Positions 11,620 to 20,618 are shown, counted from the first letter of the stretch. The stretch: DNA of 64,000 nt from Solirubrobacterales bacterium (GCA_036277915.1 DASUMA010000011.1:7538-71537); one strand, 5' to 3'. The notes: generated by a model not told the origin, from the letters alone. Program-made: numbers and translations.

Positions 11620-14013
11620 GTGGCGAACGGGGTCAGCACTGCTGGGCTGCTGGAGAGATTCGCGCCCCGCCTGCGCTATCACTCGGAGGAGCGCTTTCGC
11701 GCCACGCGGGTCGAGTCGCTGATCGAGGCGGCGGGAGTGCCCGGTGCGGTGACCGAGCTGCGCGCCGGGGAGGATGGGCCGGCGATCGCCTCGACCGATT
11801 CCGCCTCCGGCCTGCCGGCGCTCTCCGTGGCGACGCTCTCTGCCGCTGGGTCCGAGTACCCGGGCACCGGGGTCAAATCCCACCGCAGCCACTACCTCGC
11901 CGGCCAGCTGCCTGACGGCGCCGCCTTTACTGGCACCCCAGTCGCCTACGGTCGTGCTGCGGAGGAGCCCGACGGCACGGTCTGGCTGCAGTACTGGCTC
12001 TTCTCCTACGACAACCCGCACCACCTGGTCGGCGACCACCAGGGGGACTGGGAGCTGGTCCAGATCAAGGTCGACCCCGCGCGGGAGCCGGCCGCTGGCG
12101 GCATCCTCGCCGCCACCAGCTTCCAGCACGGCGACCAGGACGGTCGCGACGGAGAGGACCTGGCGGCGCTGCTCGATGGTGACGGCCTGCTGCCGGTGAT
12201 CGTTGCCCGCGGCTCCCACGCCTCCTACTTCGACTTCGAGTACGTCCACTTCGGCGACGAACTGGAGGCGGACGCGTTGGCGGTCCGCCCGGAGGTGGTC
12301 GAGATCGACCTCAACCTCGGCTGGCTCAACTGGCCTGGCTACTGGGGCGGGACGCGGATCTTCGACCACCCGCGCAGCCCGCGCGGCCCGATGATGTGCC
12401 GGCCGGAATGGTTCGAGCCCCAGGCCCAGCACAACGCCGGCGTCTACCAGCGGGCGCGACGGCGCAAGGAACGGGTCCCCTCGGTGATGGTCTCGACCAG
12501 CGCCGCGCCGTCCGGCGGCAGGGTGGCGTTGATCGCCCAGATCGAGGAGGGCGAATCGACCGAGCGGCTGGCTGCGGCGGTGGCGGGCACGGGGCTGGTC
12601 GACGCGACGGTCCAGCCCCTGCACGACGGCGCCCTCCCGGACCCTGGCAAGCAGCAGCTGGTGGTGCGGGCGGACCTGCCTCCGGCAGGAGCTAACCCTT
12701 TCGACCTGGCGCGGGAGATCGAGGCCGCCGGCGCTGGGGCTTGGGAGGTTGAGCCGGACCTCGACTCGACCATCTTCCGTCCCTCGCCCAACGGGTACCG
12801 GATCTGCGAGGCGCTCGGGGCCGAGACCAGCGAGCCGCGCTGGGCGATCGAGCACATCGGCTGCCCCGCCGCCTGGCAGCACTCGAAGGGCGCCGGGGTC
12901 AGGGTCGGACACCCCGACACCGGGTACGTCGACCACCCCGAGCTGCAGGGCGCGATCGGTGCCGGCTACGACGTGCTGGAGAACGACGACGACCCCCACG
13001 ACGTCCTCGTCGGCATCCCGCCGGCGCAGTTCCCCGGGCATGGCACCGGCACGGCCAGCGTCATCGCCAGCCGCGAGGCGAGCGCGGTCGACCTGGCCGG
13101 CTCCGCCCCGGAGGCGACGGTGCTTCCGTTCCGCATCTCCCGCTCGGTGATCCTCCTTCGCGGCGGGCGGCTGCTGCGGGCGATCCGCAAGGCGCGCGAA
13201 GCCGACTGCCGGGTGATCTCGATCAGCCTCGGCGGCGTCTTCCTCGGCAGCGCCCTGCGCCGGGAGCTCGACGCGGCGACCGCCGAAGGCCGGATTGTGA
13301 TCGCCGCCGCTGGCCAGCCAGTCCGGTTTGTTGTCGAGCCCGCCTCCTACGCCGCGACGATCGGCATCGGCGGCAGCACCATCGACCGCGAGCCCTGGGA
13401 GCCGAGCGCGCGCGGGGAAAGCGTCGACATCTGTGCTCCCGCCGGGCACGTGCCGCGCGCGGTCGCCAAGACCGGCGAGGTCGCCCGTGGCGACGGAACC
13501 TCCTTTGCGACGGCGCTGACCGCGGGCGTCGCTGCGCTCTGGTTCGCCAAGCACTCCGACGAGCTCCTGGCCGGGGACCACGCCGCGATCGTGCCGACCT
13601 TCCGCTCGCTGCTGAAGCAGGCGACGATCGCGGGCGCGCCACCCGGATGGGACCACGAGAATTGGGGCGCCGGCATCCTCGACGCGGCGGCGCTCTTGGA
13701 GCTGCCGCTCTCAGCCGCCAAACCGGAACCGCCGCCTCCCGAGGTCTCCCGCGGCAAGCGGATCCTCAAGTGGTTCGCCCGCCTGGTCGAGGAGCCGGTC
13801 GAGGACGTCACCAGCTGGGTCGACCGCACCTTCAGCGGCGCGCCCGAGGAGGCCGCGGAGCGGGTGGGCACGGAGCTGGCCTCGCTGGCGAGCGAGGACG
13901 AGTCGGTGCGGCTGGCGGTGAAGAGCGCCGCCGCGGGGGCCCAGACTGGGATGCCGCCGCAGCTGCGGGAGAAAGCCTCAGCCTCGCTCGAAGCCGAGGC
14001 TCAGCCGGCGTAG
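11620..14013 (+). CDS. Vps62-like N-terminal domain fused to S8 (subtilisin-like) serine peptidase, no signal peptide
   Basis: 797 aa with GTG start preceded by AAGGGGG. N-terminal signature VWLQYWLFSYDNP...GDHQGDWELVQIKV. S8 triad contexts VGHPDTGY (Asp433), PGHGTGTASV (His474) and GDGTSFATALTAG (Ser628). Confidence 0.85.
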   Translation: MANGVSTAGLLERFAPRLRYHSEERFRATRVESLIEAAGVPGAVTELRAGEDGPAIASTDSASGLPALSVATLSAAGSEYPGTGVKSHRSHYLAGQLPDGAAFTGTPVAYGRAAEEPDGTVWLQYWLFSYDNPHHLVGDHQGDWELVQIKVDPAREPAAGGILAATSFQHGDQDGRDGEDLAALLDGDGLLPVIVARGSHASYFDFEYVHFGDELEADALAVRPEVVEIDLNLGWLNWPGYWGGTRIFDHPRSPRGPMMCRPEWFEPQAQHNAGVYQRARRRKERVPSVMVSTSAAPSGGRVALIAQIEEGESTERLAAAVAGTGLVDATVQPLHDGALPDPGKQQLVVRADLPPAGANPFDLAREIEAAGAGAWEVEPDLDSTIFRPSPNGYRICEALGAETSEPRWAIEHIGCPAAWQHSKGAGVRVGHPDTGYVDHPELQGAIGAGYDVLENDDDPHDVLVGIPPAQFPGHGTGTASVIASREASAVDLAGSAPEATVLPFRISRSVILLRGGRLLRAIRKAREADCRVISISLGGVFLGSALRRELDAATAEGRIVIAAAGQPVRFVVEPASYAATIGIGGSTIDREPWEPSARGESVDICAPAGHVPRAVAKTGEVARGDGTSFATALTAGVAALWFAKHSDELLAGDHAAIVPTFRSLLKQATIAGAPPGWDHENWGAGILDAAALLELPLSAAKPEPPPPEVSRGKRILKWFARLVEEPVEDVTSWVDRTFSGAPEEAAERVGTELASLASEDESVRLAVKSAAAGAQTGMPPQLREKASASLEAEAQPA

Positions 14014-15785
14014 AGCTGCTCGATCTCCTGCTCGTGCTTGGAGGCGACGACGGCGCGCTTGACCTTCAGCGTCGGCGTCAGCTCACCGCTCTCCTGCGAG
14101 AGATCGTGGGGGAGGATCGCGATCTTCTTGACCTGCTCGACCCGGGCGAAGTTCTGGTTGATCTGTTCGACGTGGGCCATGATCGACGCGTTGACGTCGG
14201 GGTTGGCGGAAAGCTGGGCCGGGGTATCGTCGAGGCCGTTCTCCTGCGCGTAGGCGGCCGCTTCTTCCGGGTCGAGGGTGACGAGGGCGACGAGGTAGGG
14301 GCGGCGGTCGCCTACCACCACGCACTGGGAGACCAATGGGTGCTGCTTGATCTCCGCCTCGAGGTTGGCCGGGGTGATGTTCTTGCCGCCGGCGGTGATG
14401 ATGATGTCCTTTTTGCGACCGGTGATCTTGATGAAGCCCTCGGAGTCGATCTCGCCGATGTCGCCGGTGTGGAGCCAGCCGTCGACGATCGTCTCCCGGG
14501 TTGCCTCCTCGTTCTTGTGGTAGCCCTGGAACACGTTCGGGCCCTTGACGAGGATCTCGCCGTCGTCGGCGATCCGCACTTCGCAGCCCGAAAACGGTTT
14601 GCCGATCGTGCCGATCTTGAAGTCGTCGGGGCTGGAGATCGTCGCCGCGGTCGAGGTCTCGGTCATTCCCCAGCCCTCCAGCACGAGCACGCCGGCGGCG
14701 TCGAAGAAGCGCAGGATGTCGGGATTGATCGGGGCGGCGCCGGAGACGGCGAGACGCAGGTTGCCGCCGAACAGGCCGCGGATTTTCGAGAGCACTTTCT
14801 CGTCCGCGAAGGCGTATTTGCGTTGCAGCAGGAAGCCCGGCTTACGCCCGCTCCGTTCCACCTCGCGCATCTTGCCGCCGGTCTTGATCGACCAGTCGAA
14901 GATCGCTTTTTTCAGGCCACCCTCTTTCTCCATCGCGCTGGTGGCCATCGTGTAGATCTTCTCGAAGATGCGCGGGACCGAGGGGAAGTAGGTCGGTTTC
15001 AGTTCCGCCAGGTTGGGCATGATCTTCAGCGGGTCCCGCTCCCAGTAGGCGATCGTGGCGCCGAGGTCGAAGCTGCCGAGCTGGATCAGCAGGGCGAAGG
15101 AGTGGGCGAGCGGCAGGTAGAGGTAGGTGACGTCTTCGCCCTCGATGACGCTGGTCTCGTTGACCATGTCGAGCATCGCCCGGTAGTTGCCGTGGCTGAT
15201 CACACAGCCCTTCGGCGGCCCGGTGGTGCCGGAGGTGTAGATGAAGGTGCAGATGTCAGCAGGGGTCACAGCCGAGTAGCGCTGCTCCCAGAGGCCGGCG
15301 TCGACGGCGTTGCCTTTCGCGGTCAGCTCCTCGCTCGAGATCGCGTCCTCGGCGCTGCCAGTCATCAGCACCACGTGCTCGAGCTTCGGCAGCTGCGAGC
15401 GCACCTCGCGCACCTTCTGCAGCTGTTCGTCGTCCTCGACGACGACGACCTTGGCGTCGGAGTTCTCGAGCACATAACGGCACTCCTCCGGCGAGTTGGT
15501 CTGGTAGATCGGGACCACGGTGGCGCCGATCGAGAGCGCCGCGAAGTCGTAATAGGTCCACTCGGGCCGGGTGTTCCCGAGGATCGAGACGCGGTCGCCT
15601 TTCTCGACTCCCAGCGCGGTCAGTCCGAGGGCCAGCGGCCGGACGATCTCGACGACCTGGTTGAAGCTGCGGTTGACCCACTGCTCGCCGTCCTTGTAGC
15701 GCACGGCAGGCATCTCGCCGTAGGCCGCGGCCGAGCGCGGCAGAAGGTCTGCCAGCGTCTTCGAGTGGGTTCCCCTCCCCTCCAT
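14001..15785 (-). CDS. fadD: long-chain fatty-acid--CoA ligase (AMP-dependent synthetase)
   Basis: 594 aa with the AMP-binding motif YTSGTTGPPKG, plus WLHTGDIG and GRKKDIIITAGGKNI. Confidence 0.92.
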   Translation of the reverse strand: MEGRGTHSKTLADLLPRSAAAYGEMPAVRYKDGEQWVNRSFNQVVEIVRPLALGLTALGVEKGDRVSILGNTRPEWTYYDFAALSIGATVVPIYQTNSPEECRYVLENSDAKVVVVEDDEQLQKVREVRSQLPKLEHVVLMTGSAEDAISSEELTAKGNAVDAGLWEQRYSAVTPADICTFIYTSGTTGPPKGCVISHGNYRAMLDMVNETSVIEGEDVTYLYLPLAHSFALLIQLGSFDLGATIAYWERDPLKIMPNLAELKPTYFPSVPRIFEKIYTMATSAMEKEGGLKKAIFDWSIKTGGKMREVERSGRKPGFLLQRKYAFADEKVLSKIRGLFGGNLRLAVSGAAPINPDILRFFDAAGVLVLEGWGMTETSTAATISSPDDFKIGTIGKPFSGCEVRIADDGEILVKGPNVFQGYHKNEEATRETIVDGWLHTGDIGEIDSEGFIKITGRKKDIIITAGGKNITPANLEAEIKQHPLVSQCVVVGDRRPYLVALVTLDPEEAAAYAQENGLDDTPAQLSANPDVNASIMAHVEQINQNFARVEQVKKIAILPHDLSQESGELTPTLKVKRAVVASKHEQEIEQLYAG

Positions 15786-15801
15786 TCGGGGAGGAGTCTA
15801 T

Positions 15802-15993
15802 TCAGTGACTGGCCGTGGAGCCAGCCCGGTTGGAGCGGATGGACGCCTGATGGCGCAGCGAGGACTCGAAAAGGGTCCTGTCGATTCGGCCGTGGAAGAT
15901 CGGGACACCCATCTCGACGCACTTGCCGATCACCTCCTGCCGCTCCATGTGCAGCTGGTCGGCGAGCTCGGCGGGCGTCAGGTGATTGGCCAT
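15802..15993 (-). CDS. small helix-turn-helix DNA-binding protein (excisionase/MerR-like fold)
   Basis: 63 aa: MANHLTPAELADQLHMERQEVIGKCVEMGVPIFHGRIDRTLF. GGGAGG lies 7 nt upstream of the ATG at 15993. The rest of the 298-aa ORF is antisense junk. Confidence 0.55.
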   Translation of the reverse strand: MANHLTPAELADQLHMERQEVIGKCVEMGVPIFHGRIDRTLFESSLRHQASIRSNRAGSTASH

Positions 15994-16119
15994 GAAGGAC
16001 CTCCCGGGTCGTTGAAAGTTGGTAGGCGCATGTTTATCGCTCGACGCGGACGTGTCAATCGGAACTATCCGCACCTTGCGGGATCGGTCGGCGGCGCCGG
16101 CTCGCGATAATGGGCGCCG

Positions 16120-16845
16120 ATGTCTGAAGCTGCCGTCAAAGCGGTCCCCCGGAAGGGCCGTATCTGGGTGATCGCCCTTTTCGCTCTGACCCTTTTCGGG
16201 GTCGGCTACCTGGTGGTCGAGGTCGCCACCCAGGAGCCCAGCGACGAGGTCGTCCAGATCGACGGCATCGGCGATGCACAGCGGATCTTCGGCGGCGTGC
16301 CGCAGGAAGGCGACCGGATCGGGTCCGACGACGCCCCGGTGACGATCCAGGTCTTCAACGACCTGCAGTGCGCCAACTGCCGGGACGACTTCCTCACCAC
16401 GATCCCGACCCTGGTCGAAGACTACGCCCGGCCCGGCGACGTGAAGCTGCTCTACAGGCATTACTCGAACGGCGAAAACCCGCAGCAGATCGGGTTCTAC
16501 GGGGCAGAGGCGGCGGCCGAGCAAGGCTATGGCTGGCAGTACACCTATCTCTTCTTCCGCAACCAGGACGAAGCCAAGCGCTTCGAAATCAACCAGGGCT
16601 TCCTCGACTCGGTCGCCGGCGGCGTCGAGGAGCTGGACGGCCCCGAATGGGAAGCTGAGCTGGAGAAGGAGGGAGGGCCCGGCGGCGCGATCTCCCAACG
16701 GCTCGAAAGCTACGAGGAGCTTGCCCGCGATCTCGGCATTCGCTACGGGCAGGCGGCGATCGTCACCGGCCCGAACGGGACCCGGACCCTGCAGGAAGGG
16801 CCGCGGCTGGGCGCAATCGAGCGGGCGATCGAAGAAGTCCAGTAA
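16120..16845 (+). CDS. DsbA-family thiol:disulfide oxidoreductase, membrane-anchored
   Basis: 241 aa with an N-terminal TM helix (IWVIALFALTLFGVGYLVV) and a thioredoxin CxxC (FNDLQCANCRDD). Confidence 0.85.
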   Translation: MSEAAVKAVPRKGRIWVIALFALTLFGVGYLVVEVATQEPSDEVVQIDGIGDAQRIFGGVPQEGDRIGSDDAPVTIQVFNDLQCANCRDDFLTTIPTLVEDYARPGDVKLLYRHYSNGENPQQIGFYGAEAAAEQGYGWQYTYLFFRNQDEAKRFEINQGFLDSVAGGVEELDGPEWEAELEKEGGPGGAISQRLESYEELARDLGIRYGQAAIVTGPNGTRTLQEGPRLGAIERAIEEVQ

Positions 16846-16851
16846 CGGCGT

Positions 16852-17784
16852 TCAGGCGACGCGGCGGATCCGCGCCCGAGCCCGGCGCGCCAGCACGTCG
16901 CCCCACTCGGCGTCGTCGATCCGCCCGGGAGAGGTGGTCGCGAGGAAGTCGCCGAGGATGGCGGCCAGCCCCTCGGGGTCTTCGAGGTTGGGGAAGTGGG
17001 CGGCCCGGGGCAGGGTCTCGAAGCGGCAGTTGGGAATCGCCTGCTCGGCTTCGAGCCCGTGCGCGATCGGGATCGTGCGGTCGCGCTCTCCCCAGACGAT
17101 CAGGGTCGGCATGTCGCCGAGCAGGTAGAGGCGGTCGCGGGCGCTGACTTTCTGGCCCTGGACGTCGATCACCGAGCGCAGCGTCTGCAGGAAGGCGCGG
17201 CGGGAGCCGGCCTCCTGCAGCGGGCCCAGCGCCCGCGCGACCGCCTGCAGGTAGACGCCGGTGGAGTTCCCCCGCGCCCGCAGCTGCGCCCCGGCGCCGG
17301 CGATCGCGCCGACCAGCCGCGGCCGCGTCGCCACCCGCAGCAGCGTCGCCGAGCCGGGCAGGGCGGCGCCGCGGAGCAGCGGGCTGACCTCATGCCCGAG
17401 GCCGCCGCTGGAGATCAGCACCAGGCGCTCGGTGCGCTGGGGGAATTGGTAGAAGAACTGCATCGCGACGCCGCCGCCGAGCGAGTGGCCGACGATCGTC
17501 GCCCGCTCGACCCCGATCGCGGTCAGCAGGTCGCGGATGCTGGCCGCGTGGGCGCCGAGCGAGTAGTCGCCGCGCGGCGTCGCCGCGTCGCCGTGGCCGA
17601 TCAGGTCCGGCGCCACCACGCGGTAGCTGTCCGCGAGCCTGTTCGCAACCTGCTCCCAGTGCCGCGAGGAGTTGATCATCCCGTGGATCAGGACCACAGT
17701 CGGCCCGCTGCCTGCGGTGCGGTAGACGGCGCGGTGGCCGTGCAGGTCGACCTCGTGAGCCTCGAACGCGCCAGCGAGTTCCAT
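16852..17784 (-). CDS. alpha/beta hydrolase
   Basis: 310 aa with an HG oxyanion motif (VVLIHGM) and nucleophile elbow GHSLGG. Confidence 0.88.
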   Translation of the reverse strand: MELAGAFEAHEVDLHGHRAVYRTAGSGPTVVLIHGMINSSRHWEQVANRLADSYRVVAPDLIGHGDAATPRGDYSLGAHAASIRDLLTAIGVERATIVGHSLGGGVAMQFFYQFPQRTERLVLISSGGLGHEVSPLLRGAALPGSATLLRVATRPRLVGAIAGAGAQLRARGNSTGVYLQAVARALGPLQEAGSRRAFLQTLRSVIDVQGQKVSARDRLYLLGDMPTLIVWGERDRTIPIAHGLEAEQAIPNCRFETLPRAAHFPNLEDPEGLAAILGDFLATTSPGRIDDAEWGDVLARRARARIRRVA

Positions 17785-17867
17785 TGCCGAGACCCTAACG
17801 GCGGGTGAGGGGGAGAGTTTCGTCCTTCAGACCCTTATCTCGTCGATGCTCTCCATTCTGTCTATTA

Positions 17868-17879
17868 ATATGGCCATAT
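17868..17879. promoter_or_regulatory. 12-bp perfect palindrome ATATGGCCATAT overlapping the antitoxin start codon (candidate TA operator)
   Basis: I read it directly. A TATTAAT -10-like box lies at 17863-17869. ATGGCCA is tandemly duplicated (17870-17876 and 17878-17884). Confidence 0.5.
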
Positions 17880-18114
17880 GGCCAAAAAGCAAGTGACCGC
17901 AACCCAGGCAAAGGCAAACATCCTGCGTCTGCTCGACGAGGTTGCCAACGGCCAGGAGATCGAGATAACCCGACACGGGCGGCCTGTGGCGCGGATCGTC
18001 CCGGCCCCTGGTACTCATTTCCCAAGTGGCTCGCTGGCTGGACTCGCGAGCACTGCTCCCGGGGTAACTGACGAGGAGCTGTTCTCCATCGACGAGGAGT
18101 GGGAGATCACCTGA
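17878..18114 (+). CDS. type II antitoxin, Phd/YefM family
   Basis: 78 aa containing TATQAKANILRLLDEVANGQEIEITRHGRPVARIVP. Immediately upstream of, and overlapping, a PIN toxin gene. Confidence 0.88.
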   Translation: MAKKQVTATQAKANILRLLDEVANGQEIEITRHGRPVARIVPAPGTHFPSGSLAGLASTAPGVTDEELFSIDEEWEIT

Positions 18115-18509
18115 TCGTGGCGACGGTCCTCCTCGACACCCACGTCGTCCACTGGCGGTCGGCGGAGCCAGAGCGGCTCAGTCCCAGCGCCCGTCGGGCA
18201 CTGGACTCCGCCGATGAGTTCGTGGTCGCGTCGACGACCTGGTTCGAGCTGGCCTGGCTCGTACGGCGCGAGCGAATCCTCATCAGCCTCCCGGTCCGCG
18301 CCTGGCTGCAGCGCCTTGCTGAAAACGTTCGCACCATCCCGATCACGCCCGAGATTGCCGCGGCCGCTACCGCCCTTCCCAGCTCGTTCCCCCGCGACCC
18401 CGCCGACCGCCTCATCTACGCCACCGCAATCGAGCACGGCTTCCACCTGGTGAGCAAGGACCGCGCCATCCGCGACCACGGTCAGCCGGGAGCGACCGTG
18501 ATCTGGTGA
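18099..18509 (+). CDS. vapC: type II toxin VapC (PIN-domain ribonuclease)
   Basis: 136 aa with LLDTHVV (first acidic residue) and the RDPADRLIYATA motif. An alternative GTG start at 18117 lies 2 nt after the antitoxin stop. Confidence 0.88.
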   Translation: MGDHLIVATVLLDTHVVHWRSAEPERLSPSARRALDSADEFVVASTTWFELAWLVRRERILISLPVRAWLQRLAENVRTIPITPEIAAAATALPSSFPRDPADRLIYATAIEHGFHLVSKDRAIRDHGQPGATVIW

Positions 18510-18516
18510 GGGAGCG

Positions 18517-19290
18517 TTACGCGTCTGCCTGAGGCAGGTGGGCGATGACGAGGCGGCGGAACTCCTCTGGGGCTTCAAAAGGAGTCAGGTGGCCGCAATC
18601 GGGAATCAAGATCGTCTCGGCCTGAGGCAGGCTCGTGCCGAGCCCGTCGACGGCAGTCTTGAAGTCGATGACGTCGTTCTCGCCGGCGGCAATCAGGGCC
18701 GGGCACTCGATCCTCTCGAGGAGGCTGGGATCCTCCTCCAGCGGGTCGGGTGCGTGCTCGGGCTCTGGTCCGGAGGCATGGGCCTCGTAGTTCGCTCGCT
18801 GCATGGCCGCAATCCGGTTGCGAACCTCCTCAGGCGCCTGCGGCCGGACCCACGCCGAGACCACCGCCTGTACCGCCTCATCGACTTTCCCCGCCTCGAG
18901 GGCTCCCTCCTCCGCCTTCCAGGCTTGGAGCAGATCGGGCGACGGGTCAGGTTCCGGGACGGCCGCAGTCGAGAAGAGCAGGAGCGAGCTGATCCGCTCG
19001 GGGGCGACCGCCGCGACACGGAGGGCGACCGCCGCGCCGAAGGAGCTGCCGACCAGTGAGGCCCGGTCGACGTCAAGGGCATCCATCGTCTCCAGGACGT
19101 CCTCCCAGTGAGCCACAGGTCCCGGCCCCACAGGGGCTTCGCCGAAGCCCGGCAGGTCGACGGCGATCACCCGCTGCCCCGCCGCCGCGAGCGGCTCCAG
19201 GTGCTCGTCCCACATCGTTCCGTCTGCGATTCCGGCGTGCAGCAGGAGCAGCGCGGGCCCGTCGCCCGCTTCGGTGAATGGGAGCTTCAA
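18517..19290 (-). CDS. alpha/beta hydrolase
   Basis: LLLLHAG oxyanion motif and GSSFGA nucleophile elbow. The ORF-track start (19323) lies inside tRNA-Pro. The only plausible start that keeps the HG motif is TTG at 19290, which abuts the tRNA 3' end. Confidence 0.8.
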   Translation of the reverse strand: MKLPFTEAGDGPALLLLHAGIADGTMWDEHLEPLAAAGQRVIAVDLPGFGEAPVGPGPVAHWEDVLETMDALDVDRASLVGSSFGAAVALRVAAVAPERISSLLLFSTAAVPEPDPSPDLLQAWKAEEGALEAGKVDEAVQAVVSAWVRPQAPEEVRNRIAAMQRANYEAHASGPEPEHAPDPLEEDPSLLERIECPALIAAGENDVIDFKTAVDGLGTSLPQAETILIPDCGHLTPFEAPEEFRRLVIAHLPQADA

Positions 19291-19364
19291 TCGGGGCGCC
19301 CGGATTTGAACCGGGGACCTCACCGACCCGAACGGTGCGCGCTACCAGGCTGCGCCACGCCCCG
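19291..19364 (-). tRNA. tRNA-Pro (anticodon CGG)
   Basis: I folded a 74-nt cloverleaf by hand: acceptor CGGGGCG/CGCCCCG plus discriminator A; D stem GCGC/GCGC; anticodon stem CACCG/CGGTG with loop TTCGGGT; T arm CCCGG-TTCAAAT-CCGGG. No CCA is encoded. Confidence 0.95.
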
Positions 19365-19463
19365 AGAGTCGGCCGATTATCTCAGAGCGGGGAGAGGGGG
19401 GCGTCCAAGGTCGTCCAGGGCCGCTACTTTGCCTGCTGCACCCGGTTTCCCAGCACTAAGTCG

Positions 19464-20579
19464 ATGAGCAGAAAACTCGCAATCCTCCTGGCGCTCGCGC
19501 TTGCGTGCGCCATCCCGGCGTCCGCGCATGCCTACATCCCGCAAGGCTTCATCGGGGTCTCCCCGCAGAGCCCGGCGACGACCTCGGACTTCAAGCTGAT
19601 GCGCGAAGCGGGGGTCACCAGCGTGCGGCTGCCGCTCAACTGGTCGGCGATCCAGCGACTGAGCCCGCTCGGCGGCGAGCCGGACTGGAGCGGCTTCGAT
19701 CGCGAGGTCGAAATCGCGGCCGAACAGGGAATCCGGATCATGCCGTTCATCTCCTCGACCCCGGTCTGGGTTGCCCCTGATCCGCTGACCCTGCCGGTCA
19801 GCAGCTCCTGGCAGCGCTGGGCCTGGGCCAACTTCCTGCGCGCGACCCAGTATCGCTACGGGCCCGAAGGCGAGTTCTGGGAAGAACGCCCCGAACTCGA
19901 CGCCTACCCGATCCGCAAATGGGAGATCTGGAACGAGCAGAACATCGTCACCTTCGCCTCCGATCCCGATCCAGTCCGCTACGCGACCTTGCTGCGGATC
20001 GCCGGCCGCGTCCTCCACAACGGCGATGCCGGCGCGAAAGTGATCCTCGGCGGCTTCTTCGGCCGCCCGCTGCAGGTCCCGCCCAACGTCGCCACCGGCG
20101 ACTACCTCTCCCGCGTCTACGGGGCAGGCAACGTCAAGCCCTTCTTCGATGGCGTCGCCCTGCACCCCTATGTCGCCGAGGCACGGGCGATGCGCGCCCA
20201 GATCCTCAACCTGCGCCGGATCATGGGCAGCAACGGCGACGCCGCGACGCCGATCTACCTGACCGAGCTCGGCTGGGGCTCTCGCAGCGGCCCGACTCGC
20301 TGGGAGCGCGGCCTCTACGGCCAGGCGAGGCAGCTCTCGCAGGCCTTCTCGATGATCTCCACCCACCGGCTCGACTGGCGTCTCGGCGGCGTCTGGTGGT
20401 TCACCTGGAGCGACGAGGGCGGCAGCTGCCTGTTCTGCCGCTCCGCCGGGCTGTTGACGGACCAGCGCGAGGCGAAGCCGTCCTGGTACCGCTTCAACGC
20501 CTGGACCGGAGGCGATCCGGACATCGTGCCGCGGGCCGATTTCGGCGACGAGCCGAGCCTGGAAGTTCCGGCCGGCTAG
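19464..20579 (+). CDS. secreted clan GH-A (TIM-barrel) glycoside hydrolase
   Basis: The native start is MSRKLAILLALALACAIPASAHA (signal peptide). Acid/base motif WEIWNEQN and nucleophile context IYLTELGW. Confidence 0.8.
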   Translation: MSRKLAILLALALACAIPASAHAYIPQGFIGVSPQSPATTSDFKLMREAGVTSVRLPLNWSAIQRLSPLGGEPDWSGFDREVEIAAEQGIRIMPFISSTPVWVAPDPLTLPVSSSWQRWAWANFLRATQYRYGPEGEFWEERPELDAYPIRKWEIWNEQNIVTFASDPDPVRYATLLRIAGRVLHNGDAGAKVILGGFFGRPLQVPPNVATGDYLSRVYGAGNVKPFFDGVALHPYVAEARAMRAQILNLRRIMGSNGDAATPIYLTELGWGSRSGPTRWERGLYGQARQLSQAFSMISTHRLDWRLGGVWWFTWSDEGGSCLFCRSAGLLTDQREAKPSWYRFNAWTGGDPDIVPRADFGDEPSLEVPAG

Positions 20580-20618
20580 GCTGGACTGGACTTCTATCTC
20601 GACACAAGGAGACGTTCG

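Noticed and set aside
16852-19464. A genomic island or prophage remnant integrated at tRNA-Pro, containing the TA module and hydrolases.
   Set aside because: I found no integrase, recombinase or duplicated tRNA 3'-end (att) sequence. Only the short TA cassette region shows reduced GC, and the flanking hydrolases look native.
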